From the NCBI GenBank assembly GCA_951406725.2, contig OX597821.1, forward strand, positions 26,598,001 to 26,662,000: a stretch of DNA of 64,000 nucleotides. The letters run 5' to 3'. This stretch comes from Octopus vulgaris. Lineage: Eukaryota. The translations under genes and the position numbers were made by a program. The notes below the pieces were generated by a model. That model made no database searches. It had not been told where the DNA came from and was given only the letters and a program-made list of their open reading frames with translations. Of this stretch, positions 52,336-64,000 are shown one piece after another (positions within the stretch are counted from its first letter, which is position 1; each line of letters starts with the position of its first letter).

Positions 52336-52897
52336 AGACTGGTGTTGAAAAATGGATTGTCTATAATAACGTCAACCGAAAACGATCATGGTCCAAGCGT
52401 AATGAACCAATACAAATCACATCGACAGCTGAATTGCATCAAAAAGAAAAAAAATCTCATGCTGTCAGTTTGGTGGGATTACAAAGTTGTTGCATATTTT
52501 GAGCTGCTTCCGAGGAACCAAACGATCAATTCAGATGTTTACTATCAATAACTGATGAAACTGGAGGAAACAATCAAAGGAAAACGGCCAGAATTGGCAA
52601 ATCGTAAATGAGTCGTATTCCACCATGACAACGCCAAACACGTCTTTACTAACTCGTGAAAAATTACTGGAGCTGGATTGGAAAGTGATGTCACATCCAC
52701 CATATAACCCTGACCTTCTACCATGAAATTGGTATTTCTTTCGAAGTTTTCAAAATTCTTTGGATGGCAAAACTTTCAATAATGATGATGACCTGGAATC
52801 ACAATTTTTGGCTGATAAGGACCAGAGCGGAGAATCATGAAGTTGCCAGACTTTTATTTCACACCAAAAACACCGGAATTTTCTTGCCAACACAATA
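52336..52897 (+). mobile_element. Mariner 3' half relic
   Basis: TGVEKWIVYNN; MLSVWWDY; HDNA; HPPYNPDL. TIR-like end TTCTTGCCAACACAATA. Confidence 0.85.
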
Positions 52898-53020
52898 TAT
52901 ATACATATATATACACACATATAACAAAAAAGGTGGTGGAAAAAATATAGGCAAATTTGTTGAGAATGCTAGTTTCAACAATATTTTTTGTTTATCAATG
53001 GTAAACATTTAGAATTATGA

Positions 53021-53069
<49 letters not shown>

Positions 53070-53165
53070 GGAGTAAACATAAATGTGAAACAAGGTGGAA
53101 AAAAGAGTACTCAAATACCAGTGGTAGAGTAATATGCTTTATTTAAAAGCAGCAGAAAATTCAAC

Positions 53166-53213
53166 AAAACCTGTTACTCTGAGTTTCACATTCCCGTTCG
53201 TCGGACAGCTTTT
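53166..53213 (-). ncRNA. Minimal type I hammerhead-like motif (left arm)
   Basis: aaaagctgt-CCGACGA-acg ggaa tgt-GAAA-ctc a gag-TA-acaggtttt. Confidence 0.6.
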
Positions 53214-53220
53214 TCTAGCA

Positions 53221-53267
53221 AAAACTGTCCGACGAACGGGAATGTGAAACTCAGAGTAACAGGTTTT
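53221..53267 (+). ncRNA. Minimal type I hammerhead-like motif (right arm)
   Basis: aaaactgt-CCGACGA-acg ggaa tgt-GAAA-ctc a gag-TA-acaggtttt; U4C core variant. Confidence 0.62.
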
Positions 53268-54295
53268 GTTGAATTTTCTGCTGCTTTAAATAAAGTATAT
53301 ATATATATATATATTTTTATATATATACACACACATATGTATATATATCTTTTAACTATAATGTTTTACTGGCTTCATGTAGAGGCTGTGGCCTTGCTGG
53401 AGCACCGCCTTTCAGTATTTTGGGGTTTCTTTTGGGTACGGATTTTAGTGAAAAAACGAGTTGGACGAAACTGCTCTTCTTTGTGCCTCATATTTGAAAG
53501 TCTGTGAAGATTACATCATACAGTTTTTGAAGTGTAAGTATAACTTCTAAAAATTATTAAAAAAAATATTATGAAATATTTTATGAGGATGTTACTAACC
53601 TTTTGGGGGAAGAAGTTTTTTCCTAATGTGTGAGCGTTTTCCTTAAACCTTTTCAAAGAAAATGCTCTTCAGGTCAGTGGTATTTCCTTTGTCTAGTCAA
53701 GGAGCACGGTTGTTTATGGCCGTAGGCACTTGATCTCAGGCCCTCTACGGTCACAGAGAGTTTAAAGATAACGTTTTGGGAAGGGAAACACGCACTGTTA
53801 TGTACGGTATGTCTCTCTTTCTGGTTGGACGGCCTCATATATACGGGTGGCGCTGAGTTGCGAGAGGGCAGTCAGAGAGAGAGAGAGAGAGACTGACATG
53901 GACAGACGCAGTCTGACAGAGACAAACAGGGTCAGAGAGAGATATACAGAGCGAGAGAGGGACAACTGAACGACTGGCAAGTGATGTAGAGGGACAACTG
54001 AACGACTGGCAAGCGATGTAGCCAGATTTGCCGACGTTGCAAACGTAAAAGGAAAGAACTGTCGCCGGTAAATGTTTTTTTTTTTATGTTTTAAAGGAAA
54101 ACGAACTTTGTGATGTTAAAAGTTTAAGAAAAAAAAAGAGAAAACTTTGTGACGTTAAATGTTTGAAAAGAAAAAAAGAAAAAGAACTTTGTTGTTAAAT
54201 GTGTTTATTTAAAAGAAAAGAAATGAAAAAAGAACAGAAGAGAAAGGACTGTGTTGTTAAATGTTTTTGAGAAACGAACGAAGGAAAGAAAGAAA

Positions 54296-55772
54296 AGTCC
54301 TACACTCATATACATACATACACACGTACACACATATATATAAACACGCACGCACTGATACATTTAATATATACATACATATATATACTCACACACGTAC
54401 ACATTCACACAATTAGAAATGAAAAATGACAAAATATATATAAAACAATAAACATGGAAAGCTTTTGCAGGAACATAGTAAAAATAGGGATTCTATCAGT
54501 GATCTTGGGGGCTCAAAACCGTAACAGCTATTTTGTCATATGTAGACATGATTCCAAAAGTTCAGTTCTTCAATTTAGGCATGTAGCAGGTTCCAAGGAA
54601 CTTTTCCAGATGAGCCATCGTTCCATATCACTTGCCACTACCGTTAGTATAAGGTTTAAACTTGGCCAAGATCTTCCAGTAAGTCCTATAGTTGACACCT
54701 TGTTATTTTAAGAACTATATATGACTGGATAATTTGGTAACACATATCTGTTTGAGAAAACAGTTTTATTAGCGTTCGTAGAATTTACGGTGGCTTCATA
54801 TATAATGGCCTCGGTCATACAGTCTCCATTTAGCCAGCACAAGTCTTTATCCCTGCCGGAACAGCCGGTTTCGTGTTGTTTTGCATTGTGTGTAATTATG
54901 TTTTTAAAATCTGAGGTTGAACTAAAACTAATTTTTAGGTTATGCCTATTAAAGTGTTTCCAATATTTATGATTTATTGGAAAATGCCTATCTATAAGTG
55001 ACAAGAAATATTTCGGAGGACTAAGGAAGTGTGAACCAAATAATTTTCCTGTATCTATGTTTTCTTTTCTTTATTTCTGGCCTAATGGCAGGTGTTTATG
55101 CTATTTCCTCTTTAAATCCACTAGCTTTAAGGGCATTGTTATATAGTAGGGTAGCATTATTAAATATGTTCATATTGGAGGAGAGGCCCCTACTAATAAA
55201 TCATAAATATAAGAATAACACAGTTTTGTCAGAGATGTGTGGGTCTCACGGACGGGAATGTTAAAGCAAGGTTCAACACTCACACCTTAAGCTTCAGACA
55301 TTCGGATAAACGAAAAACTACCAAATTATCCCGTCATATATGGTTCTTAAAAGAACAAGGTGTCAGCTATAGGATTTACTGGAAGATCTTGGCTAAGTGT
55401 AAACCTTATACCAACGGTAGTGATATGCGGTATTTGTGATATCGAAAGATAACCCACCTGGAAAAGTTCTTTGGACCCCGCTACATGTCTTAATTCAAGA
55501 ACTGAACTTTTTGGATTATGTCCATATATAACAAAATACCTGTTACGGTTTTGCAGCCCCCACCCGCCCAAAATGACTGATAGAATCCACATTTTTACTG
55601 TTCCTGCACAAGCTTTCCCTATGTCGCAACATTTATATATATATTTTTCATTTTTAATTGTGTGAATATGTACGCGTGTGAGTATATGTATATATATATA
55701 TATACTAAATGTGTATGTGTGTGCGTGTGTATATATGTGTACGTATGTATGTATGCATGTGAGTGTAGGACT
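54296..55772. mobile_element. Penelope-like element (RT end plus GIY-YIG endonuclease) with an inverted duplicated 3' end
   Basis: Minus strand: YNNALKASGF, LIDRHFP..FNRHNLKISFS..CWLNGDC..IIYEATV. Plus strand: GLTDGNVKARFNTHTLSF..LNSRTELFGLC. About 54296-54715 is an inverted match to about 55345-55772. Confidence 0.88.
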
Positions 55773-55870
55773 GTCAGGTGCATAAGTGCGACTTTCATGC
55801 ACACGTACCCTTCATTTATACGGATATGCATATGCTTGTACATCTGCGGTTGTAGGTGTGTGATAGGAGG

Positions 55871-55911
<41 letters not shown>

Positions 55912-55967
55912 TTTTGGAATTGGTTTGGAAGATTCTTTATGTGAGTTCGTGTGTCGAAGCATATTCT

Positions 55968-56124
55968 GTTGTGTCTGGGGAGAGTCATTCTCTTTTGGTG
56001 CCTTATAATTTAACACACTCACCGGTAAAATTTCCACTTAATTCTTTTTCTAAAATTTTCGTTGCGTCTTGCAGAGTGTTAAATTATAAGGCACCAAAAG
56101 AGAATGACTCTCTCCAAACACAAC
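55968..56124. repeat. 49-bp inverted repeat between (TA)n tracts
   Basis: 55968-56016 is the reverse complement of 56076-56124. Confidence 0.88.
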
Positions 56125-56125
56125 C

Positions 56126-56173
<48 letters not shown>

Positions 56174-56486
56174 AGTGCTTTTTTTTCATATATTTTAGGG
56201 TGATAGTACACAAACTTTATCAAAATAGAAATATAGTGCAACAAAAAAAATTTAAAGAATATATTGAAAGCAGAGAAATGAGTGCATGTTTAACTACAAA
56301 AAATACTTCAATACGAACATTTCAGTAAGAAAATCATAAAGATATAAAATAACAACAAAATATATAGACGGTTATTAATATAAAACTTTACAATTTTTTC
56401 CTCATGCTTTAAAGATATAAATGCTATACAGTAAGTACTTAAATATAAATAAATTCAATGTGCTAATCATCACTATAGTTTTATTG

Positions 56487-57633
56487 GGTACTAGTCGCGT
56501 AGACTGAACCTGGTGCGCGCATCCGCGCTAGCCAGTCGTAGGTAGTCGATCCTACAGCGACTTGCGTATGCAAATGAGCTGATTGGCGCAACACTGCAAA
56601 AACTAAGTTAATCGCGAGTCCTTAGGAAATCATTGTGTTTACTTTGAATAGCTACGGCAAACTGCAGCATGAAAATTCAAAAAAAAAGTTACCAACAAGG
56701 TAATTTTACTGTAGGCTTCAACAGGAAAATCGGTTACTGGTGACAAGCCAACAACGTGGGGTCAGAATTTAGTTGCCAGGCAGCTAGAGGAAGGGTAGTA
56801 CAATAACAGATCACAGACGAAGATAACACTAATTGCCTCGTTAACTTATGAGGCTCCTGTCAACGACCAAGTCTCTTCAACGTAAACTTATAGTAACCAA
56901 ATTTCCCCCACGTAGAAATAAAACATTTCTATGAAGTAAAGGGTTACTTTACGTCTGGTTAAAAATAAACTCTTTTGATCAGGTCTGCACGACCAGGGCA
57001 GTCTTTGGGACTGGGAACTGTTCAGCTGAAGTTAAAGACGAGAGTTCAGTTGGGTCTTTGGAGAAACTGAAAACAAGGAGCAAACACAGACCTTGTACAA
57101 CTTCGGTCAAGAGATATCTTCCACCGAGCAGTTAGAAATAGCAGCCGAATTTGTTTTAAAGTCAAACTGAACAAGTATTGGATTTACAACAAAGCGGGAT
57201 GGCCACGACCAAAATGTCTAATAATTTAGGGTTGGTCAGGAGTTAAATTCCAGTTGAAAGAGAACGAGCATAGCTGAATGGTTAACGAAGTTTGCCGTAG
57301 CTATTCAAAGTAAACACAAGTGAATTGTCGCCTGTAGTGGTCTACTTTGAAAAAAAAAATGTTTGACTGTTCTTAAGGTTGTTTTGCTTTTTTTTTCAAT
57401 GTTTCTAATTGTTTTGTAACGAAAAAAAAAAAACGCAATTGTCTTTAAAATAATATACACCGTATATCGTTGAAAAATATTTCCTAAGCTTCAGTAGGGG
57501 CTCGCTATTAACTTAGTTTTTTGCAGTGTTGCGCCAATCAGCTCATTTGCATACGCAAGTCGCTGTAGGATCGACTACCTACGACTGGCTAGCGCGGATG
57601 CGCGTACCGGGTCCAGTCTACGCGACTAGTACC
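56487..57633. mobile_element. Non-autonomous Mutator(MULE)-like DNA transposon with about 135-bp TIRs and 9-bp TSD
   Basis: TIRs GGTACTAGTCGCGTAGAC... at 56487-56620 and 57498-57633. TSD GTTTTATTG at 56478-56486 and 57634-57642. No transposase ORF. Confidence 0.9.
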
Positions 57634-57719
57634 GTTTTATTGTATGCCAAAAAGGAAAATAAGCAACAAAATGAGAATCAAATGAAAAGCATCAAATTCA
57701 TAGCACTTATTATTATTTA

Positions 57720-59545
57720 CATTGTATACACGCGAAATCCCATAGTATTGTCCCGTTTTTGTCTTTTATATTGTTGCATGTCTTTTAATGCTTTGCATGT
57801 GAGTTGCTTAGTCTTTGCAGCGCCTGGATGACCTCTTCAGTTGTTATAGGGGTCCAGAGTTGCTCAGGTGCTAAGTTCGTTGTTTTAATAGTCCTTTTCT
57901 GAAGGTGTTCATTCGCCGACCATATTTCTTTCCAAAATTCTTCCACTTCTTCTGCTGTTGGTGCTGCAGTGATGTCTATTTTATTTTTGCCAAGTTCTTG
58001 GTAGAATTTTTGGGGGTTGGAGTTGAACTGTTTGTTTTATTCAAAGAAAAATTGGCGTTTCTCATACCGGCGGATCCTTTGTGCTTTGGCAAGGATATCT
58101 TGCTTTAGCTTTTCTTTTACCTCAGGTAAATCTTTTTCTGTGATGTATTTGTACAGTATTTTTATTTTCTTCTTGTTACTTAGTAGTGTTGATTGCTTAC
58201 TAATTTCGTTAAGAATCGACAGATCTTTTCTCTTCCTTCTTTTTTTTTTTTTGGTATTATTTATCCACAGGGTTTGTTTAGGTGGTGGTACTCCTGTTTG
58301 GATGGGTTTGAGGGAGTATCCAGCTTCTCTTGTGGCTGCTGCATATATTAAGTCATTTAGCTCGGTGATATTGCCATTTGTTTCTGTGGTTATTAGTTCC
58401 GTGACGGCCAGGTTTATGCTATTTATTATTCATGTTGTTTTGTTGTCAATTTTGATTTTTGGGAGGTATGGTCGGTGGTCCATTCTGAGATCTGCAGTTT
58501 TCAGTTCTTTAAATATTTTATTTTTTATAGTATCATAATCATTAGGTTCCCATTCATTGTTTCCAGGTTTTAGATTTGTTTCGCCTTCCTTCTCATTTCT
58601 ATGTTTGTCTGTGGTGTTCTGGATTGGTGCTTTTTGTACATTATGATACATCCCTATGGTCTGGGTTTGTCGTTTTTTGTTTACTTCATTTTTGTTGGAA
58701 ATGTTACGTTTGTCTTCGTGTTTTATTATCTCAGTCTTTATATTATTTGGCATTGTTGTGTGGCTTCTATCTATATTTTCCTGATGTATTTTTCCTTTTA
58801 AATGTTCTATTTCTATTTGATATTTTTTTTTGCGTTGAGAATATATCTTCGTATGTTAGCTAGTTTATTAGGGTTCATTGCTGTATCCAAGTCTTTATTT
58901 ATGTTGTTTTTCTTCCATATTTTATATGTATATGTTTTTGTGTTTTCGTTCTTTGGATAGAGCACTGCTGTAAAGTAAGCGTGTAGAATTGAAATATATT
59001 CCTTACGTGTCCATTTATGTCTTTTTGGTTTTATTTGCAGGACATGAGGTACAACGTCCGGCCCATTATTTTGACGGTCATCAATTTCGTAGGGTATCGG
59101 TCCGTTAATTTATGTTGTCAAATTGTTTTGCACGTGTAGTTTTTCATACTTTTTGTGTAACAAGTTTAAAGTACGCACTTCCCGATTGTTATTCTTGGGT
59201 TGAATAATATCGGTATTAATTAATATATTTGTAATTTTTTTGTACATGATGTTTGGGGCCGGAGATGGTCTGGTGTTGATGGATCGTAATGTATCAAGCA
59301 TGTTTACATGCACTGTGCGAGCAGTGGACATGATATCCAGTTAAAATACTTCATTTCATGTGGAAAATAATAAATTTCAATGAGTATTACTTACTTGGAT
59401 ATAGTCCAACCCTTTGTCAGCTATTTTTGGCTCCATGCCATGTCTTTATTTCCGATATTTTTGGATAGATTTCGGAGCAGTTTTTATCGCTCTCACATGT
59501 TAAACGTCCCCGGTGTCATCTGTTAAACGTCCCCGGTGTCATTAT
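57720..59545 (-). mobile_element. 5' part of the second R4/Dong-like family
   Basis: KRHKWTRKEYISILHAYF; DHRPYLPKIKID; ITELNDLIYAAA. The 5' end abuts (TAA)n. Confidence 0.75.
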
Positions 59546-59559
59546 TATTATTTGGGCGT

Positions 59560-60480
59560 TATGTCCGTCTGTCTGCCTGTACCCTCTTCACGGTGAAACG
59601 GCTGGACCAGTGGTCACAATGTTTTTCGGGATTACCAAGGAGGTAATCAGGCAGGTTTGAAAAAGTATGATTATTTAGTGTCTATTAAGGATAATTGTTC
59701 AGTGCTATATACAGATAATAAAAATTACAAGCATAAAAAAAAAAAAAAATTAAAGGGAGATAACCCCTAATAAAAGAAGCAAAGGGAAGTAAATCAACTT
59801 GCTTTTCCATTGAAATACGCCTCATAGGGAAGTTTTAGTTTAGGATACCTTTATTAACGAATGATTTGATGGCTTTGGCTCATCGTTAGTCGGTGTATGA
59901 CTACTACGAACTTTATCAATAACGATTGTATGCATAAAGCTGTGTAATGCTTTATTAAATTTTCCTTCGTTCAGGAATTGATAGGACTATCAGGAAAGCT
60001 GCCGCTATAAACCATAAGAGTGAATCTAACAGTGAATACAGAAAAGTCCAACAGAATAAGGATACAGAAACTCAAAGAATTCGCCGTGATACAGAAGTGA
60101 GAGCGTCGGGACAGAGCAGGGATACGCTAGCTCACCAAATAACACAGAGAAATCCTCAAGTGAGAGCTTCGGAACAGAGTTGGGACACTTTAGCTCACCA
60201 AGTAACACGCAAAGTGAGAGCTTCAGAACAGATATAGAACATTCTAGCGGGCCGAAAATTAAGACAAGTGCAGTTTCCTATAAAACTGGTATTCTCATTC
60301 ACAGCAAACAAAGCACAGCTCCAGACTCTAGCTCGTGTAGGTGTATTTTTACTCACCCCGATGTTTACACACGGCCAGTTATACGCCGCTATGAGTAGAG
60401 CAACAGACTCCGGCAATTTGAAAGTTAGTGTTGACCACACACAAAATATCCGCCTACAAAGAAGTTTTGTAATCATATTC
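59560..60480 (+). mobile_element. Helitron relic (Pif1-like helicase C-terminus)
   Basis: QFPIKLVFSFTANKAQLQTLARVGVFLLTPMFTHGQLYAAMSRAT matches the Helitron helicase terminal motifs. The left boundary is uncertain. Confidence 0.8.
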
Positions 60481-60916
60481 ATATTAAAATCCATTTACAC
60501 ATTTTTCAATACATACTATTATTATGACTTCCGTCCCCCATTTGCTAGTAAATATAATTTCCATTGTAATAATACATATAATTGTTTATGCTATTTTTTT
60601 TATCATCGTTCAGAAAGAGGTTATCTCAGTAATAAATGTACTTACCAACAGTTGGGAAAAGTGGAGAATGTGTGAAATTTAAAAGCTGTATTTTCTCTTT
60701 TTATAGCGGAATCAGTAACTTTGTCATGCCTCTTAGTTACCAACAGTTACGACTGCTGATTAATCACACTTTTCGCTTTAAATTTCATGCAGCCTCATGT
60801 GTATATGAATGTGTGCGTGTGCGTGTGGGAAGGGGAGGCAATTAGCTCACAAATTTCTTGTGAAAAGAAAAGAAACACCCAATGATGTGTAATTCTAGTT
60901 ACACTGGGCCTGAATA

Positions 60917-61146
60917 TATTTCTTTACTACCCACAAGGGGCTAAACACAGAGGGGACAAACAAGGACAGACAAACGGATTAAGTCGATTACATCGACCCC
61001 AGTGCGTAACTGGTACTTAATTTATCGACCCCGAAAGGACGAAAAGCAAAGTCGACCTCGGCGGAATTTGAACCCAGAACGTAACGGCAGACGAAATACG
61101 GCTACGCATTTCGCCCGGCGTGCTAACGTTTCTGCCAGTTCGCCGC
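60917..61146 (-). mobile_element. Nin-type SINE monomer
   Basis: Same family as 12753. Further copies at 62175-62410 (+), 20395-20527 (-) and 46905-47048 (-). Confidence 0.88.
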
Positions 61147-61164
61147 GTTCTCTGTGTCTAAATC

Positions 61165-61860
61165 TCGTGTCTGACTATGATCAGGGAAACATGCATGTTC
61201 GCCTGTCGGAACGATGAGGACCATCAAGCTATTCTGAATGTAGGATGACAAATGGCACCGAGGGCAGTGAAAATGGCCCCGATCAATAGCCGCCCTTCAT
61301 GCAGTTACTTGTGTTCGGTTTCAAAACACTCTACTCCAGCATCATACAGGAACTTCCATTCCTTCCGATTAAGATCCAGGGCCTTCAACTAAATGGGAAG
61401 GACACCACATAAAATGAGGGACCACTTGAAATGATCGTGAAAACGAAATGTTGGGTGTCCATTATACCTACCTTTAGTCTCGATCTCACTGAAGTGGACC
61501 ATCTTTGGGAGGCGGTTACCCGGCATCCGAACCACTTGACCAACCCAACAAGAAGACGACAAAAGATGCAAGCCCTGACATGCGAGATCGAGGACACATT
61601 GGGGCAATCTGATATAGAACGATTCTGGTTGTTCTGATCTGGCATACCTTTCCTAGATCATTCCTCGAATTGAAGTAGGCAGCATCTTTCCCTAAATAAA
61701 GCTACCTAGATACCTGTGCAGGACTGAAGATGTCTGATGTCCCCAGATGTCAGAGGTCAGCAACTATTTTACTCATGCCACCACCGTGCAAGCTTCAGGC
61801 TTACATTTCCAGCATCATCTATGCCTGTATCCGTCACCAGCAGCTAATCGCCGTTGACCT
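61165..61860 (-). mobile_element. RTE-like LINE 3' fragment
   Basis: WVGQVVRMPGNRLPKMVHFSEI..GRYNGHPTFRFHD. Confidence 0.7.
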
Positions 61861-62899
61861 CGAGACAACAAAAGAAAAACAACAGAAAAAGAAAAGAACA
61901 AACAAACAAAAACAAAAGGACCTGGGCAGATATAACAATAAAATCATAGCTGGACTATATATTTGGTAAGAATCAACCCCTTTTATGGTAAGAATCAACT
62001 CCATTTATTCTTTTATTTCTTTCAGTCATTTGACTGTGGCCATGCTGGTGTACCGACTTGAAGGGATTTAGTCGATCAAATCGACTTCAAGACTTATTTC
62101 TTAAGCCTAGTACTTATTCTATCGGTCTCTTTTGCTGAACTACTAAGTTACGGAGACGTATACACACCAACACCGGCGGCGAGCTGGCAGAAACGTTAGC
62201 GCGCCGGGCGAAATGCTTAGCAGTATTTCGTCTGTATTTACGTTCTGAGTTCAAATTCCGCCGAGGTCGACTTTGCCTTTCATCCTTTCGGGGGTCGATT
62301 AAATAAGTACCAGTTACGCACTGGGGTCGATATAATCGACTTAATCCGTGTGTCAGTCTTTGTTTGTCCTCTCTGTGTTTAGCCCCTTGTGGGTAGTAAA
62401 GAAATAGGTATACACACCAACATCGGTTGTCAAGAAGTGATGGGGAAACACACACACATACAAAGATAAATATTCCCGGTTTATGGGGTTGCCCGGAGTT
62501 TCATATTCATAAAGCGCTTAGCGCGCTCAGCTTTACTGCGTTCCTTGAGACCGGGACCAGACGAGATCACAAACGAACCGGACGTCTTCCTGTTTTTTTT
62601 CCCCCGCTGCCGACGACCTCAGCACACAGAACCAAGCCAGGAACATGCTACAGAATTTGAACTATGACACATCTTCCGCTGTTCCAGGTATAGTTAGTTA
62701 AAATCACCAAACCAGTTATTTGCCAATATGTAAGACATTAGCCGTTTATTTTTATAACGGTTGTAATACAGAACAGTCAGATTGAATTTACTTGTTTCTT
62801 CTTGTCATTCGGTTATCTACGGTAACTCCAGACACAAAGATTAGACCAGTCAATTTATGTACACCCTCTTGCAGCTTTATCCCAGCCATTCAACAATCG

Positions 62900-63495
62900 G
62901 AAGACTCACTTCCCAGGGATTGGGCGAAATTCTTTGAAGGACCAATACCGAGCCGCGCATTCTTCATCCATGACTCCCATTCGAAGTGTAAATTATTAGT
63001 CGACACTAGCGTTTGGCGTTGCTTGTAGCGCTTGGTCTGTCAGCTTAGTTACGGATTCCCGTCAATCAGCACCCGTTACTTTACATGCAATTAACTATTC
63101 CCCAATTCGCACTTTTGGCGAGAAAGTTTTGACTCTTGATATCAATCTTCGGTGTCAGTTCCAGTGGGTATTTATAACTGCTAATTTACCATACCCTATT
63201 TTCCGTACCGATTTCTTACACCATCTTAAACTCTTAGTCGATTTGAGAAATCAGCGTTTAATCGAAGCAAGACCTTGGCTCACATTATTCTAATGTGAGC
63301 TCACTATTCTTTGTGCCAGTACTTACTAATCGTTTTCATGAACTTTTGTCGAGGTTCCTGGATTTAACTGTGGCTGTTTTTCATAAGTCCCCAACGAATT
63401 CTTACCAAGAGACCTCTTATAGTATGCTACCCACGACACCTAGCCCCGGATAAACTCAAATCTGTTAAAGAGAAATTTTATCACGTGTTGGACCT
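62900..63495 (+). mobile_element. Gypsy protease-region fragment
   Basis: FFIHDSHSKCKLLVDTS; IRTFGEKVLTLDINLR..FQWVFI..PIFRTDFLHHLKLLVDL. Confidence 0.75.
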
Positions 63496-63514
63496 TTCAA
63501 TACTGAAATTCAGG

Positions 63515-63920
63515 GCGCAATCGAGGAAACACCACGAGGAGATGTTGTGTATATTCTGGGAGATTTCGATGCTAGAATTGGAGAAAGGGCAGAAGTAGAC
63601 ATCGTTGGCAAATTTGGATAAGGAGAACGGAATGAAGCAGGAGATCGACTAGTCCAATTTTGTCAAGATCAGCACATGCGGCTAACCAATACTTGGTTTC
63701 GGCAACCATGAAGACAGCTATACACCTGGACGTCGCCAAGTGGACAGTACGGCAATCAAATCGACAACATCCTATGTCAGCAACGGTGGAAGAGTTCAGT
63801 CCGAGCTGTGAAGACGTTTCCTGGGACAGACTGAGGATCTGACAATGAACTTCTGGTTGCCAAGATCAAGATGCGATTCTGCAACGTCAAGCGACCACCC
63901 GCTTGCCAGAAATTTGATAC
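63515..63920 (+). mobile_element. RTE/BovB-like LINE APE endonuclease fragment
   Basis: ILGDFDARIG..GERNEAGDRLVQFC..YTWTSPSGQYGNQIDNIL..GSDNELL. Confidence 0.85.
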
Positions 63921-64000
63921 CAATAAGATCGGTCCATCATATGCCGTGTATGTGTGTGTGTACGTGCAAGTTTTGGTGTTAGTTCCCCCAGCCACTGTTG

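Larger units (their letters stand above)
53133..53299. repeat. About 80-bp-arm hairpin between (TA)n tracts; each arm carries a hammerhead motif
   Basis: 53133-53214 is the reverse complement of 53220-53299, with a 5-nt spacer. Confidence 0.92.

Noticed and set aside
53594-53680. CTGAAGA plus hairpin on the minus strand near the Penelope element
   Set aside because: The hairpin is not followed by GAAA, and no UH lies next to a stem I partner.
60268-60675. Host PIF1 helicase gene
   Set aside because: Only the terminal motifs are present, they are degenerate (QLQT for QGQT), and there is no exon structure; it fits a Helitron relic.

Overview
AT-rich, repeat-dense animal genomic DNA. The SINE families, microsatellite load and transposon mix point to an octopus or other coleoid cephalopod (inference). 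Only two intact host genes can be supported: a convergent pair of paralogous two-exon ANL-superfamily adenylate-forming enzymes (ACSF2/luciferase-like). Gene A is join(28898..29043,29613..31116) on +, 549 aa. Gene B is complement(join(44825..46310,49129..49274)), 543 aa; its first exon is absent from the ORF track. Both have a 146-nt first coding exon and the same phase-2 intron, show no targeting peptide, and share non-canonical substitutions in the A7, A8 and A10 motifs, including loss of the A8 glycine. The rest is decayed mobile DNA: Tx1/L1, R4/Dong, RTE, Penelope, Gypsy, mariner/Tc1, hAT, MULE-like, Helitron, MITEs and tRNA/Nin SINEs. A second, hidden layer is a set of type I hammerhead ribozyme motifs (canonical, U3-A8 and U4C core variants) inside microsatellite-flanked inverted or direct repeats that resemble Penelope pseudo-LTRs or retrozymes. 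All calls were made by eye, with no searches or folding run.
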